A DNA stretch of 64,000 nucleotides from an uncultured Candidatus Saccharibacteria bacterium (GCA_964550035.1 CAZJVU010000001.1:83990-147989); one strand, 5' to 3'. Shown: positions 17,761 to 27,236, counted from the stretch's first letter. Notes: generated by a model from the sequence alone, not told the origin. Numbers and translations: made by a program.

Positions 17761-19636
17761 GTTTCTGCCTGACTTTCTTGGCGAAACTGCCATGCGCACG
17801 CAGAGCGTTGATGATCACTACGACATCGACAACCTCTTGCAGCGCCGCACCAAGCACGGCGGGGAAGTGGCCAGTCGAGAACACGAGCATCATGCCGACG
17901 CTTATGATGATGCCAGTCCAGATGCTCTGCAGACCAATACGAATTGTATCCTTCGCAATACGAACCGCCTGCGCGACTTTGTGCACATCGTCGAGCATGA
18001 TCACCACATCAGCCGACTCGCTTGCCGCGGTTGAACCACGTGCACCCAGCGCGATGCCAACGTCGCTGGCAGCAAGTACTGGCGCGTCATTGACGCCGTC
18101 GCCAACCATGCCGGTCGGGTGGTAGCTACGGTCGATGTTTTTGATCCCCGAAACTTTGTCCTTAGGCAGGAGGCCGGCGTAGACTTCCGTGATGCCAACT
18201 TGCTGGGCGATGTTTTTGGCGACGCTTTGGTTGTCGCCGGTAAGCATGAGGATATGTTCGACGCCATGCTCACGGAGGTCCTGAATGGTGGCTTTGGCTT
18301 CTTGGCGAATCTCATCGGTGAAATGTAGCGCACCCACAACCTTGCCATCAACAGCGACGAACGTTGTGGTGCGCTCGTTTTCGGCTGCTGCTTGTTCGCT
18401 ACGGAAGGTCGCGTCGTTGTCGTGCATGAAGGCGTATTTGCCCAGGAGAACTTTCTTGCCGTTCCAGTCGGCACGGAGGCCGAAGCCTGGTTCCTCGCTC
18501 ACATTCTCAACGCTGGTCGAGGTGACTTTGCGGTTCTTGGCTTCAGCAACGACAGCTTCAGCTAAGATGTGGGCGGAGTTTGATTCGATCGCGGCAGCCA
18601 GACTGAGCACAGTGTTCTCGTCCATATCGCCATACGACTCGACGGCGTCAATAACCGGCTTGCCTTTGGTGAGCGTACCTGTCTTGTCGAACGCGATGCT
18701 CTTGATGGCAGCAAGACGTTCAAGACTCGAACCGTTCTTAACGATAATGCCGTGCTTGGCGGCGCGGCTCATGCCGGAGATGATCGCAACTGGTGCGCCA
18801 ATCAGCAGCGGACACGGTGTCGCCACGACGATGACTTCTAGGAAGCGATGCACGTCGCTCGAGATTGCCCAGGCGGTGAACGCAATCGCGTAAGAAATAG
18901 CAGTGAAGGGCAGGCTGTAGCGATCAGCAAGGCGTACGAAAGGTGACTTCGCAGTGGTTGCTTCAGTGACTAGCTTGATGATCTGGGAGTATTGGCTGTC
19001 GGCGCTGGTGTGTAGCGCCTCGATGATGATCGGTGCGTCGACGTTTACGGCACCACTCATGAGCTCGTCGCCGGGTTTTTTGCCGACAGGCAGGCTCTCA
19101 CCGGTCAGGCTGGACTCGTCGAGGCTGGTGGTGCCTTTGACGATCTTGCCATCAACTGGGATAACTTCGCCTGGCTTGACCAAGACGCGGTCGCCGACCT
19201 TGACGGCTTCGATACGCACGTCGGTTGTCGAACCGTCCTTTCCCGCAAGGTGCGCTTGCTTCGGCGCGCGGTCCATCAGGTCGGTGAGCTCGTTGGTCGC
19301 GCGGAGCTCAGCATAGTCCTCGAGCGCCTCACCGCCGGTGAGCATCAGTGCAATGACGACGGCCGCCCAATATTCCTGCAGAAGCACGCCCACCACGATG
19401 GCGGTCAGCGCTAGCACATCGAGCCCCAGCCCGCCTTCGCGAACCGTCTTAGCCATCTCGATAACTATCTGGATAGCCGCAATGACCGATACGGCCACGA
19501 GAAGCACGTTAGTAATAGAGTGCATGCCGGCCAGCTGGAATCCGAGGCCCACAAGCATGGCGGCGGCGACCAACGCGAAAACTGGATATTTCCGCACCGA
19601 AGAAACCGCCCGGGTGTAAAATGTCGTTTTGTTCAT
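17750..19636 (-). CDS. heavy-metal translocating P-type (P1B) ATPase without N-terminal metal-binding domain
   Basis: DKTGTLT phosphorylation site, TPCPLL membrane motif, GDGVNDAP hinge. Confidence 0.9.
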   Translation of the reverse strand: MNKTTFYTRAVSSVRKYPVFALVAAAMLVGLGFQLAGMHSITNVLLVAVSVIAAIQIVIEMAKTVREGGLGLDVLALTAIVVGVLLQEYWAAVVIALMLTGGEALEDYAELRATNELTDLMDRAPKQAHLAGKDGSTTDVRIEAVKVGDRVLVKPGEVIPVDGKIVKGTTSLDESSLTGESLPVGKKPGDELMSGAVNVDAPIIIEALHTSADSQYSQIIKLVTEATTAKSPFVRLADRYSLPFTAISYAIAFTAWAISSDVHRFLEVIVVATPCPLLIGAPVAIISGMSRAAKHGIIVKNGSSLERLAAIKSIAFDKTGTLTKGKPVIDAVESYGDMDENTVLSLAAAIESNSAHILAEAVVAEAKNRKVTSTSVENVSEEPGFGLRADWNGKKVLLGKYAFMHDNDATFRSEQAAAENERTTTFVAVDGKVVGALHFTDEIRQEAKATIQDLREHGVEHILMLTGDNQSVAKNIAQQVGITEVYAGLLPKDKVSGIKNIDRSYHPTGMVGDGVNDAPVLAASDVGIALGARGSTAASESADVVIMLDDVHKVAQAVRIAKDTIRIGLQSIWTGIIISVGMMLVFSTGHFPAVLGAALQEVVDVVVIINALRAHGSFAKKVRQKLSA

Positions 19637-19699
19637 GATTACTTCTAATTATACACGACCCACAGATGAGCCATGGTATAATAACTGAGGTAAAACTGT

Positions 19700-19774
19700 G
19701 CGAGTGTTGTATAAAGGCTATTATGTCAGCCTTCCAAGCTGAAGATGAGGGTTCGATTCCCTCCACTCGCACCA
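19700..19774 (+). tRNA. tRNA-Gly (anticodon TCC), CCA encoded
   Basis: GCGAGTG/CACTCGC acceptor, anticodon loop CTTCCAA, T-arm GAGGGTTCGATTCCCTC. Confidence 0.88.
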
Positions 19775-19813
19775 AGTTATGAAAAGTACCCTTGCAGTAG
19801 TTTTCATAACTTG
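19773..19813 (+). terminator. hairpin starting in the CCA end of tRNA-Gly
   Basis: Perfect 13-bp stem CAAGTTATGAAAA/TTTTCATAACTTG. Confidence 0.6.
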
Positions 19814-19954
19814 TATGTCTGAGGTTTCGAACCCGTTAGGGCGAGAATTGCCAGTGGCAATTCGAGTTTTCCTTGCTTGGCCGAGCGAAAGTGCTTGTCA
19901 CTTTGAGCGAGCAGGAGTGTCGATTCCCTCTCGATCAGTGTATTATTTCAATAT

Positions 19955-20031
19955 GCCCCGGTAGCTCAGCTGGATAGAGCAGGAGACTTCTAAGCTTCAG
20001 GCCGTTGGTTCGATTCCAACCCGGGGTACCA
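19955..20031 (+). tRNA. tRNA-Arg (anticodon TCT), CCA encoded
   Basis: GCCCCGG acceptor, D-arm GCTCAGCTGGATAGAGC, anticodon loop CTTCTAA, T-loop TTCGATT. Confidence 0.88.
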
Positions 20032-20071
20032 TTTCCGTGGTGCAAAGGAATTATTTGCTAAAATACTAAGT

Positions 20072-20500
20072 ATGGATATACAAAAAGTTACGCTACCAGA
20101 TGGATATCGCTTTGTGTATAGCGACATCCAACCAGAAGAAGTAAACGAGCTGCGTCGAAAATATGGTTGGAATCCAGATACGGCCGAGAGGTGGCGTGAA
20201 TGCTTAGATAATTCAATCGTTGTTGGAGTTCGTTACGATTCGGAGCTTGTTGGTATTGGATTCATAGCCGGTAATTCACGACATGGTGTTTTATGCGATC
20301 TTAGTGTTGATCCCGATCACAAAAACCTTGGAATCGCTGAAGCTATTACAGATGAAAACCTACGGCTTGCTAAAGAAAGAGGTATGCGATACTTCTACTT
20401 ACATGAGTCGGATCCTAAACTGCTTCATGAAAAGTACCTAGAGTGTGGATTTAGAGATACCGACGGCAGCCTTTTCCGCAACGATACCCTGCAAACTTAG
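20072..20500 (+). CDS. GNAT family N-acetyltransferase
   Basis: VVGVRYDSELVGIGFI..LCDLSVDPDHKNLGIAEAI matches GNAT motif A. Low GC. ATG lies 7 nt after TGCTAAAAT. Confidence 0.75.
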   Translation: MDIQKVTLPDGYRFVYSDIQPEEVNELRRKYGWNPDTAERWRECLDNSIVVGVRYDSELVGIGFIAGNSRHGVLCDLSVDPDHKNLGIAEAITDENLRLAKERGMRYFYLHESDPKLLHEKYLECGFRDTDGSLFRNDTLQT

Positions 20501-20537
20501 TTCTAATCTCATACAACACGCTGTACCAGCACTTATA

Positions 20538-21251
20538 CTAAGAGACTTCTTCGGGAATCTTCTGCAACGCCATATAGTAATACGGAGTTGCGTTGCTCGG
20601 CTTTTCGTTGACGGCCGCGACTACTTTATAGCCTAGGCGCTCGAATGCAACCCTCTCGGCCTCAGTACCATCGGCCAGGTATAGACCGCCAGGCTTAAGG
20701 CAGCGCTGTATTTCTGCAGCAGCGGTTAATCTCAAGGATTTTTGTAGATCTGCCTCGTCGACTTTGCCCGACACCGCAAGGTCGTCTATGGCTTGTTCAG
20801 CGGCAGCCTGACGTCGTTTGTATTCAATATTGTCTTCCTCGCTGAAGTCTGAGAATTCAAAATCATCTTCGGCAATTGCTGGAAGATGCGCTGCAACGAT
20901 CATGTCAACCGAACTATCCGCGAAATCTAAATGCCGGACGTCAAGGAGTTTATCAAGCGATTCGTTTTCGTCACGCTGAGAAGCAAGTGTACCCTCGGCG
21001 ACGTTGCTGATAACCGGTTCATGTTGTAACTTGACGCCCTCAAGATAGTAATGGCCTATAGCTGTCGGTCCGGCCAGCTCGATGACCGGCCCTTGCATAT
21101 GTTCGATAGCGCCCTTTAGGTCAAAACCTGGCTCAACCCATTCATCAACTTTTTCGCCACGTTCGCGGCGCTGCTTGATCGTCGAAGCCAGCTCCGAATC
21201 AAAAGGATATGAATGCGTCATTGGACCCTCGAGTGTTTCGTGATCTTCCAT
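20538..21251 (-). CDS. putative class I SAM-dependent methyltransferase with acidic insertion
   Basis: VIELAGPT (motif I-like), LDFADSSVDMIVAAHL and LKPGGLYL. Confidence 0.5.
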   Translation of the reverse strand: MEDHETLEGPMTHSYPFDSELASTIKQRRERGEKVDEWVEPGFDLKGAIEHMQGPVIELAGPTAIGHYYLEGVKLQHEPVISNVAEGTLASQRDENESLDKLLDVRHLDFADSSVDMIVAAHLPAIAEDDFEFSDFSEEDNIEYKRRQAAAEQAIDDLAVSGKVDEADLQKSLRLTAAAEIQRCLKPGGLYLADGTEAERVAFERLGYKVVAAVNEKPSNATPYYYMALQKIPEEVS

Positions 21252-21396
21252 ATACTTTATCTTAGCACGAGCACTTACTATTTGACGGCGTTCAGGCGAC
21301 AGGGTATGCTAAACATAAGCCTTATTATACAAGTGCAAGTGGAGTAGATGTTGGAGGGCAGGTGCCTTTTAACTTACAAACAAAAAGGGTGAAACG

Positions 21397-23907
21397 TTGA
21401 AGAAAAAGGTACTTATTATAATTGCTGCGCTCGTGGCGATTTCGCTCGGATTAGGGGCGTGGTTTGTGCTACGCCCTGGTCAGCAAACGTCAAATTCAAA
21501 CCCCACGCGGCAAAACGCGACCGTTCCATCTATCCAGTTGAATGTTTCTCAGGAGAGCTTAGCCTCGGCCCAGAACAGCAGGCGCTTACCAGTTGCGGTC
21601 CGAACCGACAGCTACCAGGACGTTGCTCGCGTAGAGTATCTGATCGATGGCAAGTTGGCGACCTACAGTACACAGGCACCGTTCAATGTCGAGATTGACC
21701 TCTCTACGCTCGCAGCAGGGGAGCACACGCTGCAAGCAATTGCTTACGGGGTACATGGCGGTGTTGCCAAGAGCGGCGTCTTCAGGTTTACGCTGAGTGG
21801 GGATAGCAAAGTTGAGCCGTCTAACGACGAGTCACAAACAGTAGTCGACCAGAGTGTTACATCGAGCGTGCTCGGGCGTAGTGCCAGCCATGGGGCAAGA
21901 ACCGTTTCGACATCGACCAGCAGTGGATCGCAAAATAGCGATGGCACAGGCGGAAGCGGGGGAGATTCTGGCAACGGCGGAGGTGGCGGCGACACCACAC
22001 CATGGCCAGACGCGCCGGAGACACTTATCTGCGGCAACACAGCACTCCTGAGTGGCCCGAGCAGCGCACCTACTGGACCGAATACGATTATAGTAGCCGC
22101 CGGGGATAATAGCGGCGTGGACTTTACGCTTGCAAGCAAGACCTACTGGTTTGCGCCTGGAACACACAGGCTTGGCAGCGGGCAATTTAGCCAAATTTCC
22201 CCAGGGAACAACTCGACATTTGTAGGTGCGCCCGGTGCTGTTCTAGACGGGCAAGGCCTCAATAATTATGCGTTTTCTGGAAGTGCCACGAATGTCAAAA
22301 TCCAATATTTAACTATCAAGAATTTTATCTCGCCCAAAGATGAGGGCGTCATCAACCACAACAGCGGTGTAGGTTGGACTATGGAGTACCTAACCGCACA
22401 GAACAACAAGGGCGGCGCAGTCTTCGTCGGTACAAACAATCTCCTACGCTATAGCTGTTTGAAAGATAATGGCCAGTATGGCTTCCAGGTTTACAGTGGC
22501 GACGTCGGCGGCCCGCAGAACGCGACACTCGACCATAACGAGATCGTCGGTAACAACACTGACAACTGGGAAGTCGACACCAACGGCGATCCAACCGGCT
22601 GCGGCTGTACCGGTGGTGGTAAGTTCTGGGATGCGCATACGGTAAACGTGACTAATAACTACGTTCATAACAACTTGAGCGTTGGTCTCTGGGCTGATAC
22701 GAACGATACGGACTTCCTCGTCGAGGGTAACTACATCTCTGATAATGAGAGCCAGGGCTTATTCTACGAGATCAGCTACAACATGATCGTGCGCAATAAT
22801 AACTTCGTTCGCAATGGCTGGCCGGCAGGTGCGGGGAACTCAGGCTTCCCCACCGGCGCTATTTACCTCTCTGAGTCGGGTGGTGACAGCCGTGTGGCCG
22901 GACGTACCGACAAGATCGATATTTACGACAACCAATTTACCGATAACTGGGGCGGCGTGGTCTTGTGGGAGAATGCCGACCGATTCTGCTCATCGCCGGC
23001 CAACACGAGCTCGGGTTACTGTACCATCGTGAATCCGGCCGCGACGCTCGCAAACTGTACCGACCCGGCAAATGGCGGACACGTCAATGTCGAGCCGTAC
23101 AAGTCTGATTGTCGCTGGAAGACGCAGAATGTTTCTGTTCACAACAACGTTTTCTCGATGAACAGGGCTACCATTACCAACTGCGCATCAACCGCGAGCT
23201 GTGGTTTCCAGGGAATTTTCTCGAATAGCGGCTCCTTCCCGAGTTGGTCGCCGTATATGGGCGATGTCATCCAGACGGCTATTACGTATAACCAGAACAA
23301 TCATTTCAGCAACAATACGTACATCGGCGACTGGAGGTTCCGTCCATTAACCGAAAGTGCAACGACCATCTTTGCGATCTGGCAGGGCTCGCCATACAGT
23401 CAGGATGTAGGTAGTACGTACAATGGCGCCGATCACCAACAGGTGACGAACTATCTCGACGATAACACCGCGACGCTCGAGGGCTCGATCGGTCAGTGGC
23501 AAAGCTGGTTCTCCACAACGGTCGCGCAGTCGACGGCCGAAGCACATACCGGTACGCACAGCCTCAAGATCAACATCACAGCGCCGTTCGGGTGGGGTGT
23601 CCAGCTGTCAGATCCGGTCGGGCCGCAGATCACGACGCGGGATAAGCACATTAGTTTTTGGGGTAAGCTTGGCTCCGGCACGAACATCAAGGCTAAATTG
23701 GAAGTTCGGTGGTTGGGCGCAACGCAGAATTTGATTAGGACCGACATCCTGACCTCGCCGATCCTTAACGCAACGTGGCAAGAGACCGCCAGTACGTTGA
23801 CGCCGCCGGCGGGTGCTAAGACGGTGAGCATTGTGGTTGATGACAGTTCGGGCACTGCTGGCAACTCGCTGTATCTCGACGATATTGTTATCGCGGATAG
23901 CAACTAG
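21397..23907 (+). CDS. secreted right-handed beta-helix protein with N-terminal Ig-like and C-terminal CBM4/9-like domains
   Basis: TTG start after AAGGGTGA and a signal/TM helix. Repeated N..V.NN / beta-helix turns (HNEIVGNNTDN, TNNYVHNN, VRNNNFVRNG). C-terminal EGSIGQWQSW..AHTGTHSLKI. Confidence 0.75.
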   Translation: MKKKVLIIIAALVAISLGLGAWFVLRPGQQTSNSNPTRQNATVPSIQLNVSQESLASAQNSRRLPVAVRTDSYQDVARVEYLIDGKLATYSTQAPFNVEIDLSTLAAGEHTLQAIAYGVHGGVAKSGVFRFTLSGDSKVEPSNDESQTVVDQSVTSSVLGRSASHGARTVSTSTSSGSQNSDGTGGSGGDSGNGGGGGDTTPWPDAPETLICGNTALLSGPSSAPTGPNTIIVAAGDNSGVDFTLASKTYWFAPGTHRLGSGQFSQISPGNNSTFVGAPGAVLDGQGLNNYAFSGSATNVKIQYLTIKNFISPKDEGVINHNSGVGWTMEYLTAQNNKGGAVFVGTNNLLRYSCLKDNGQYGFQVYSGDVGGPQNATLDHNEIVGNNTDNWEVDTNGDPTGCGCTGGGKFWDAHTVNVTNNYVHNNLSVGLWADTNDTDFLVEGNYISDNESQGLFYEISYNMIVRNNNFVRNGWPAGAGNSGFPTGAIYLSESGGDSRVAGRTDKIDIYDNQFTDNWGGVVLWENADRFCSSPANTSSGYCTIVNPAATLANCTDPANGGHVNVEPYKSDCRWKTQNVSVHNNVFSMNRATITNCASTASCGFQGIFSNSGSFPSWSPYMGDVIQTAITYNQNNHFSNNTYIGDWRFRPLTESATTIFAIWQGSPYSQDVGSTYNGADHQQVTNYLDDNTATLEGSIGQWQSWFSTTVAQSTAEAHTGTHSLKINITAPFGWGVQLSDPVGPQITTRDKHISFWGKLGSGTNIKAKLEVRWLGATQNLIRTDILTSPILNATWQETASTLTPPAGAKTVSIVVDDSSGTAGNSLYLDDIVIADSN

Positions 23908-24156
23908 CTTCGAATAATTTCTCCAGAAATTTATAAGGGCCCCGGTTAAGGGGCCATATATCGGGCGCGCCACGAGGGCGGCCGTGGTGGTGCGTCACGC
24001 TTTTTAGCGTGGTACATCAGGGGCTGTCCCGGGTGGGAGCTAGCGCCTCATCGAAAAGCGACGGGCGCGCACATAGTGCACAGTCTTACGTGTATTACAC
24101 CAGGTGAGTCTTCGTTACATCTTGCAGTATAGCCTACCTCAAACGACTAGCAGTTG

Positions 24157-24726
24157 TTAGGCCAACTCGTCGGCCTCACGTTGCTTGTCGTCCTCCTCCA
24201 GCCAGAAGAGCAGATCCGCCTCGGACTCCATCTCCCTGTAGAATTCGGCCAGGTGAATCTGCCGGAACTCTTCAGCGGTGCAGCCGAGCACTTTGTGCGC
24301 GTGCTGGAGCTTCACGATGAAGTGAGGCAGCCAGAACGTGTACGGATCGCGCCGGTCGCGCACGGGCGTGGAGGCGCCGTTGAACCGGGTTCTGACCTCC
24401 TCGTCGGTAGGCGGGGTCATCGGCTTGTTCAGCCAGTCGAGACGCCAAAACGTCTCGAAAGGCACCAAGCCAAGCTCGGCCGGCGTGTACACCCAGTGCT
24501 CCTGTCCGTAGTACGGGTGGACGTAGCTGGTGCGGAACGTCGTCCTGAACTTCGCCCAGATCCGATTCTGGTCCGAGCGGAAGTCGGCCAAGATCTGACC
24601 GATCTTATTGATCCGGAACTCACCCTCGTCGATTCGCTCGAAGAGGACCCACGTCGCCGGGCTCGGGTGAACCTGAGCTAACGTGGCCGCCATCGGGTGG
24701 GTGGGGGACTTGCGGGACGGTGCCAT
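24157..24726 (-). CDS. hypothetical protein (high-GC unit 4)
   Basis: GGAGG SD and TTGACA-N17-TATTAT promoter upstream on the minus strand. W/F/Y-rich natural composition; the opposite-strand ORF is R/L/V/G/P-rich. Confidence 0.65.
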   Translation of the reverse strand: MAPSRKSPTHPMAATLAQVHPSPATWVLFERIDEGEFRINKIGQILADFRSDQNRIWAKFRTTFRTSYVHPYYGQEHWVYTPAELGLVPFETFWRLDWLNKPMTPPTDEEVRTRFNGASTPVRDRRDPYTFWLPHFIVKLQHAHKVLGCTAEEFRQIHLAEFYREMESEADLLFWLEEDDKQREADELA

Positions 24727-24824
24727 GATGGCCTCCAGCGGTAGGAACGCTGCTGAATGAGCAGAATATGCCTATAATATACTATGTTATAGGTTATGTC
24801 AAGTAATAAGATCTGGGAATGTCT

Positions 24825-24871
24825 CTACCCTCCGGGATAACGCAGCCAGAGGCGGCCATCCCGGAGGGTAG
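24825..24871 (-). terminator. hairpin terminator of 24877..25989
   Basis: Perfect 13-bp stem CTACCCTCCGGGA/TCCCGGAGGGTAG. Confidence 0.7.
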
Positions 24872-24876
24872 TCAAA

Positions 24877-25989
24877 TTATGGAGCGAGCAAGGCACGGAC
24901 TCGCTCTTTGTAGAGCGCGACGTTCTGGGCCCTCACTACATGTCGAGCAGGAAGTCGTCCCTGGGTGGTGCGGCCTGCGCCACGGTACCCAAGCTTACGC
25001 ACTACGTCCCTTGTGATCGGCTGGGAGTAACTGTCGGGCACTCGCAGTTGGGCCGCAGCGATGAGGTTGCCAACCGCCTCATCGGGGTCGACAGGCGCGA
25101 ACTGGTACAGGCCCTTCTCGTTGCCCAGAGCCTGAGACAGTGCGAGCACCGCCTGGAGGTCGTGAATCGACAGCGCCGGGTAGGGCTTGAGGTATTCGCC
25201 TTGGGCCTGGCGACGCAGCTGCTCTTTCTTGTGTCGCTGCTCGGCACGGGCCCGATGACGAAGGAAAAGCTGTCCAATTTCAGGCTGTACGCCCAGACGG
25301 ACAAGCTCCTCGGCGCCCGAGAACGTCACGCTTGGATCTCGTGTGATATCCGAAGGTACGACATACATTTGCTGCGGATAGCGCAAGTACACTTCGAGTG
25401 CCGCCATCATGTCGACGTCCACATTGAACGCGAGCTTGCTGTAGATCGCGCGCTGCGACAGATCGAACCCGGCTTGAGCGGCCAGGTAGCCGAGCTTCTG
25501 TCGTATGCGTTTGTACTGCAGCATGCGGGAAACTTCCGAAAAAGGACCACCCACAATGAGGTGGACCCGCCCCGGGAGTGAAGCGACATGCTTGAGGGCA
25601 TCGTCGAACCCGCCGGCGATAGAACGCGCGCCCAAACCGGAGGCGTCGCCGTAGATATCGTAGTCTTCATGCCTTACGTGGGCCTGATGCGGAATGGGCG
25701 ATGTGATCGCCGTATCCGCTATATCCAGCCCCATGTAGACAGGAACATCCTCTTCGGCCCGCGTGAACATTCCAGCCATTCGCGCAGTGTGCAGCCTGTG
25801 TGCCGCCCGGGAGTCCTTGATGTTTCGTGATCCCAGGGGAGCATTTTTACCATAGTTGACGGCCGTTGCTGACACAATGACGGCTGCCAGCTTGTATCTT
25901 TTGGACCAAAACGCCTTCCGTGCACCCCAGGCGCATGCCGGGTTGTCTGCGTTTACTCCATCCGCGAGAGCAATCACGTATTCGGTCAC
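24877..25989 (-). CDS. hypothetical protein (GC-elevated unit 5; weak nucleoside-hydrolase-like pattern)
   Basis: GTG start after TAAGGAC. VHLIVGGPFSEVSRML resembles the IU-nucleoside hydrolase GPLTN segment, but the N-terminal Asp cluster is not conserved. Confidence 0.6.
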   Translation of the reverse strand: MTEYVIALADGVNADNPACAWGARKAFWSKRYKLAAVIVSATAVNYGKNAPLGSRNIKDSRAAHRLHTARMAGMFTRAEEDVPVYMGLDIADTAITSPIPHQAHVRHEDYDIYGDASGLGARSIAGGFDDALKHVASLPGRVHLIVGGPFSEVSRMLQYKRIRQKLGYLAAQAGFDLSQRAIYSKLAFNVDVDMMAALEVYLRYPQQMYVVPSDITRDPSVTFSGAEELVRLGVQPEIGQLFLRHRARAEQRHKKEQLRRQAQGEYLKPYPALSIHDLQAVLALSQALGNEKGLYQFAPVDPDEAVGNLIAAAQLRVPDSYSQPITRDVVRKLGYRGAGRTTQGRLPARHVVRAQNVALYKERVRALLAP

Positions 25990-26160
25990 AGATCGTCCTT
26001 ATCGGTCGTGTTTTTCTGTGGTGACAACGGCTGACAGTATATCACAGATTTATGCTGAGGCTGGAGCGAGTGGAGAGTTGCAATTATGAAGCCAATTGCG
26101 ACTTATTTGCAAAAAGTAACGCCAATCTGCAAAAATAGAGAAAACTAAAGGAAAATTACC

Positions 26161-26889
26161 GTGTTTCTACCTATCGTACTCGCATTTTCGACATTTCTAT
26201 CAACACTTCTGGGCGGTATAACCGCGCTGCGTAATCGCGATCGGCTGCATCGCATTCTGGGCTACACCGCGGGCGTGATATTGGGTGTGGTTGCTTTTGA
26301 TCTGTTGCCTGAGATATTCGAGAGCGTTCATGCTAACAATATTGACCCGACGCTGCCGATGGTTGCATTGGTCGTGGGCTTCTTGGCATTTCATGTCGTC
26401 GAGAAGCTTATGGCGCTGCATCATGCGCACGACGACGAATACAGTGACCACAAGCATCCACAGATTGGTCTGGCGTCGGCTATGGCGCTGGTGGGGCATA
26501 GCTTCCTAGATGGTGTCGGTATCGGCCTCGCATTTCAGGCGGGTGAGGCGGTCGGTGTGACCGTAGCGATTGCGGTCATTGCGCACGACTTCGCCGATGG
26601 CCTCAACACCGTCAGCCTCATGCTGGCGCATCGTAATTCGCGCAAGCGAAGCATTGTACTCCTGATTCTCGACGCGCTCGCGCCGGTGCTTGGCGCGCTT
26701 TCGACGCTGTTCTTTGCGCTGAATGCTTCGACGCTTGTTATCTACCTCGGGTTCTTTACAGGATTTTTGCTCTACATTGGCGCGAGTGATATCTTGCCAG
26801 AGGCCCACGCAAAGCATTCGTCGAAGGTGACGATTGCGCTGACCGTGCTTGGGGCTGTGTTTATGTTTGTGGTGACAAGGTTTGTATAA
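26161..26889 (+). CDS. ZIP family metal transporter (ZupT-like)
   Basis: GHSFLDGVGIGLAF and AVIAHDFADGL motifs. Eight TM pattern. GTG start after AAAGGAA. Confidence 0.88.
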   Translation: MFLPIVLAFSTFLSTLLGGITALRNRDRLHRILGYTAGVILGVVAFDLLPEIFESVHANNIDPTLPMVALVVGFLAFHVVEKLMALHHAHDDEYSDHKHPQIGLASAMALVGHSFLDGVGIGLAFQAGEAVGVTVAIAVIAHDFADGLNTVSLMLAHRNSRKRSIVLLILDALAPVLGALSTLFFALNASTLVIYLGFFTGFLLYIGASDILPEAHAKHSSKVTIALTVLGAVFMFVVTRFV

Positions 26890-26907
26890 GATTATATAAT
26901 ATAGTTC

Positions 26908-27189
26908 ATGACAGAAGAAACGGAGCTCACGCCCGAGAAGATCATCGGTATCGTGAAGCAGGTCCTGAACGAGCACGCACCCAATGCTGACCCGCAGGAC
27001 ATCGAGGAACTCCTCGAGACTCTGCGGGGCAACGACCCCGACGAGTTGGAGATGAACATCGGTGCCGGCTTCGCCGAGTTGTGCGAAGGTGAGGCGGCGT
27101 GCGACGCGGCGTTCGCGCGCTACGCCGAACTGATCGGCACCGGGGAGGTCAAGCACAACCCCATCCCCGGCCCGTCGTCCGAGTCCTGA
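26908..27189 (+). CDS. small acidic hypothetical protein (high-GC3 unit 6)
   Basis: ATG lies 7 nt after TATAAT (26895-26900). G/C-ending codons dominate. Hairpin follows. Confidence 0.6.
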   Translation: MTEETELTPEKIIGIVKQVLNEHAPNADPQDIEELLETLRGNDPDELEMNIGAGFAELCEGEAACDAAFARYAELIGTGEVKHNPIPGPSSES

Positions 27190-27200
27190 ACTGTCTGAGT

Positions 27201-27236
27201 CGCCCGCGCGGAGCCGCCCTGGCTTCCGCGCGGGCG
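27201..27236 (+). terminator. GC-rich hairpin
   Basis: Perfect 12-bp stem CGCCCGCGCGGA/TCCGCGCGGGCG. No U-tract. Confidence 0.6.

Noticed and set aside
24154-24681. 175-aa plus-strand ORF opposite 24157..24726 (and 24940..25581 opposite 24877..25989)
   Set aside because: R/L/V/G/P-rich composition with no promoter or SD. The minus-strand frames have SDs, promoters, hairpins and natural composition.
26050-26160. Zur/Fur box upstream of the ZIP transporter (repeated TGCAAAAA and ATTGC motifs)
   Set aside because: The repeats are direct rather than the expected palindrome, and I could not match a known metalloregulator consensus.
26506-27156. 216-aa minus-strand ORF across the ZIP gene and the acidic unit
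   Set aside because: Overlaps two better-supported plus-strand genes. Basic low-complexity sequence.
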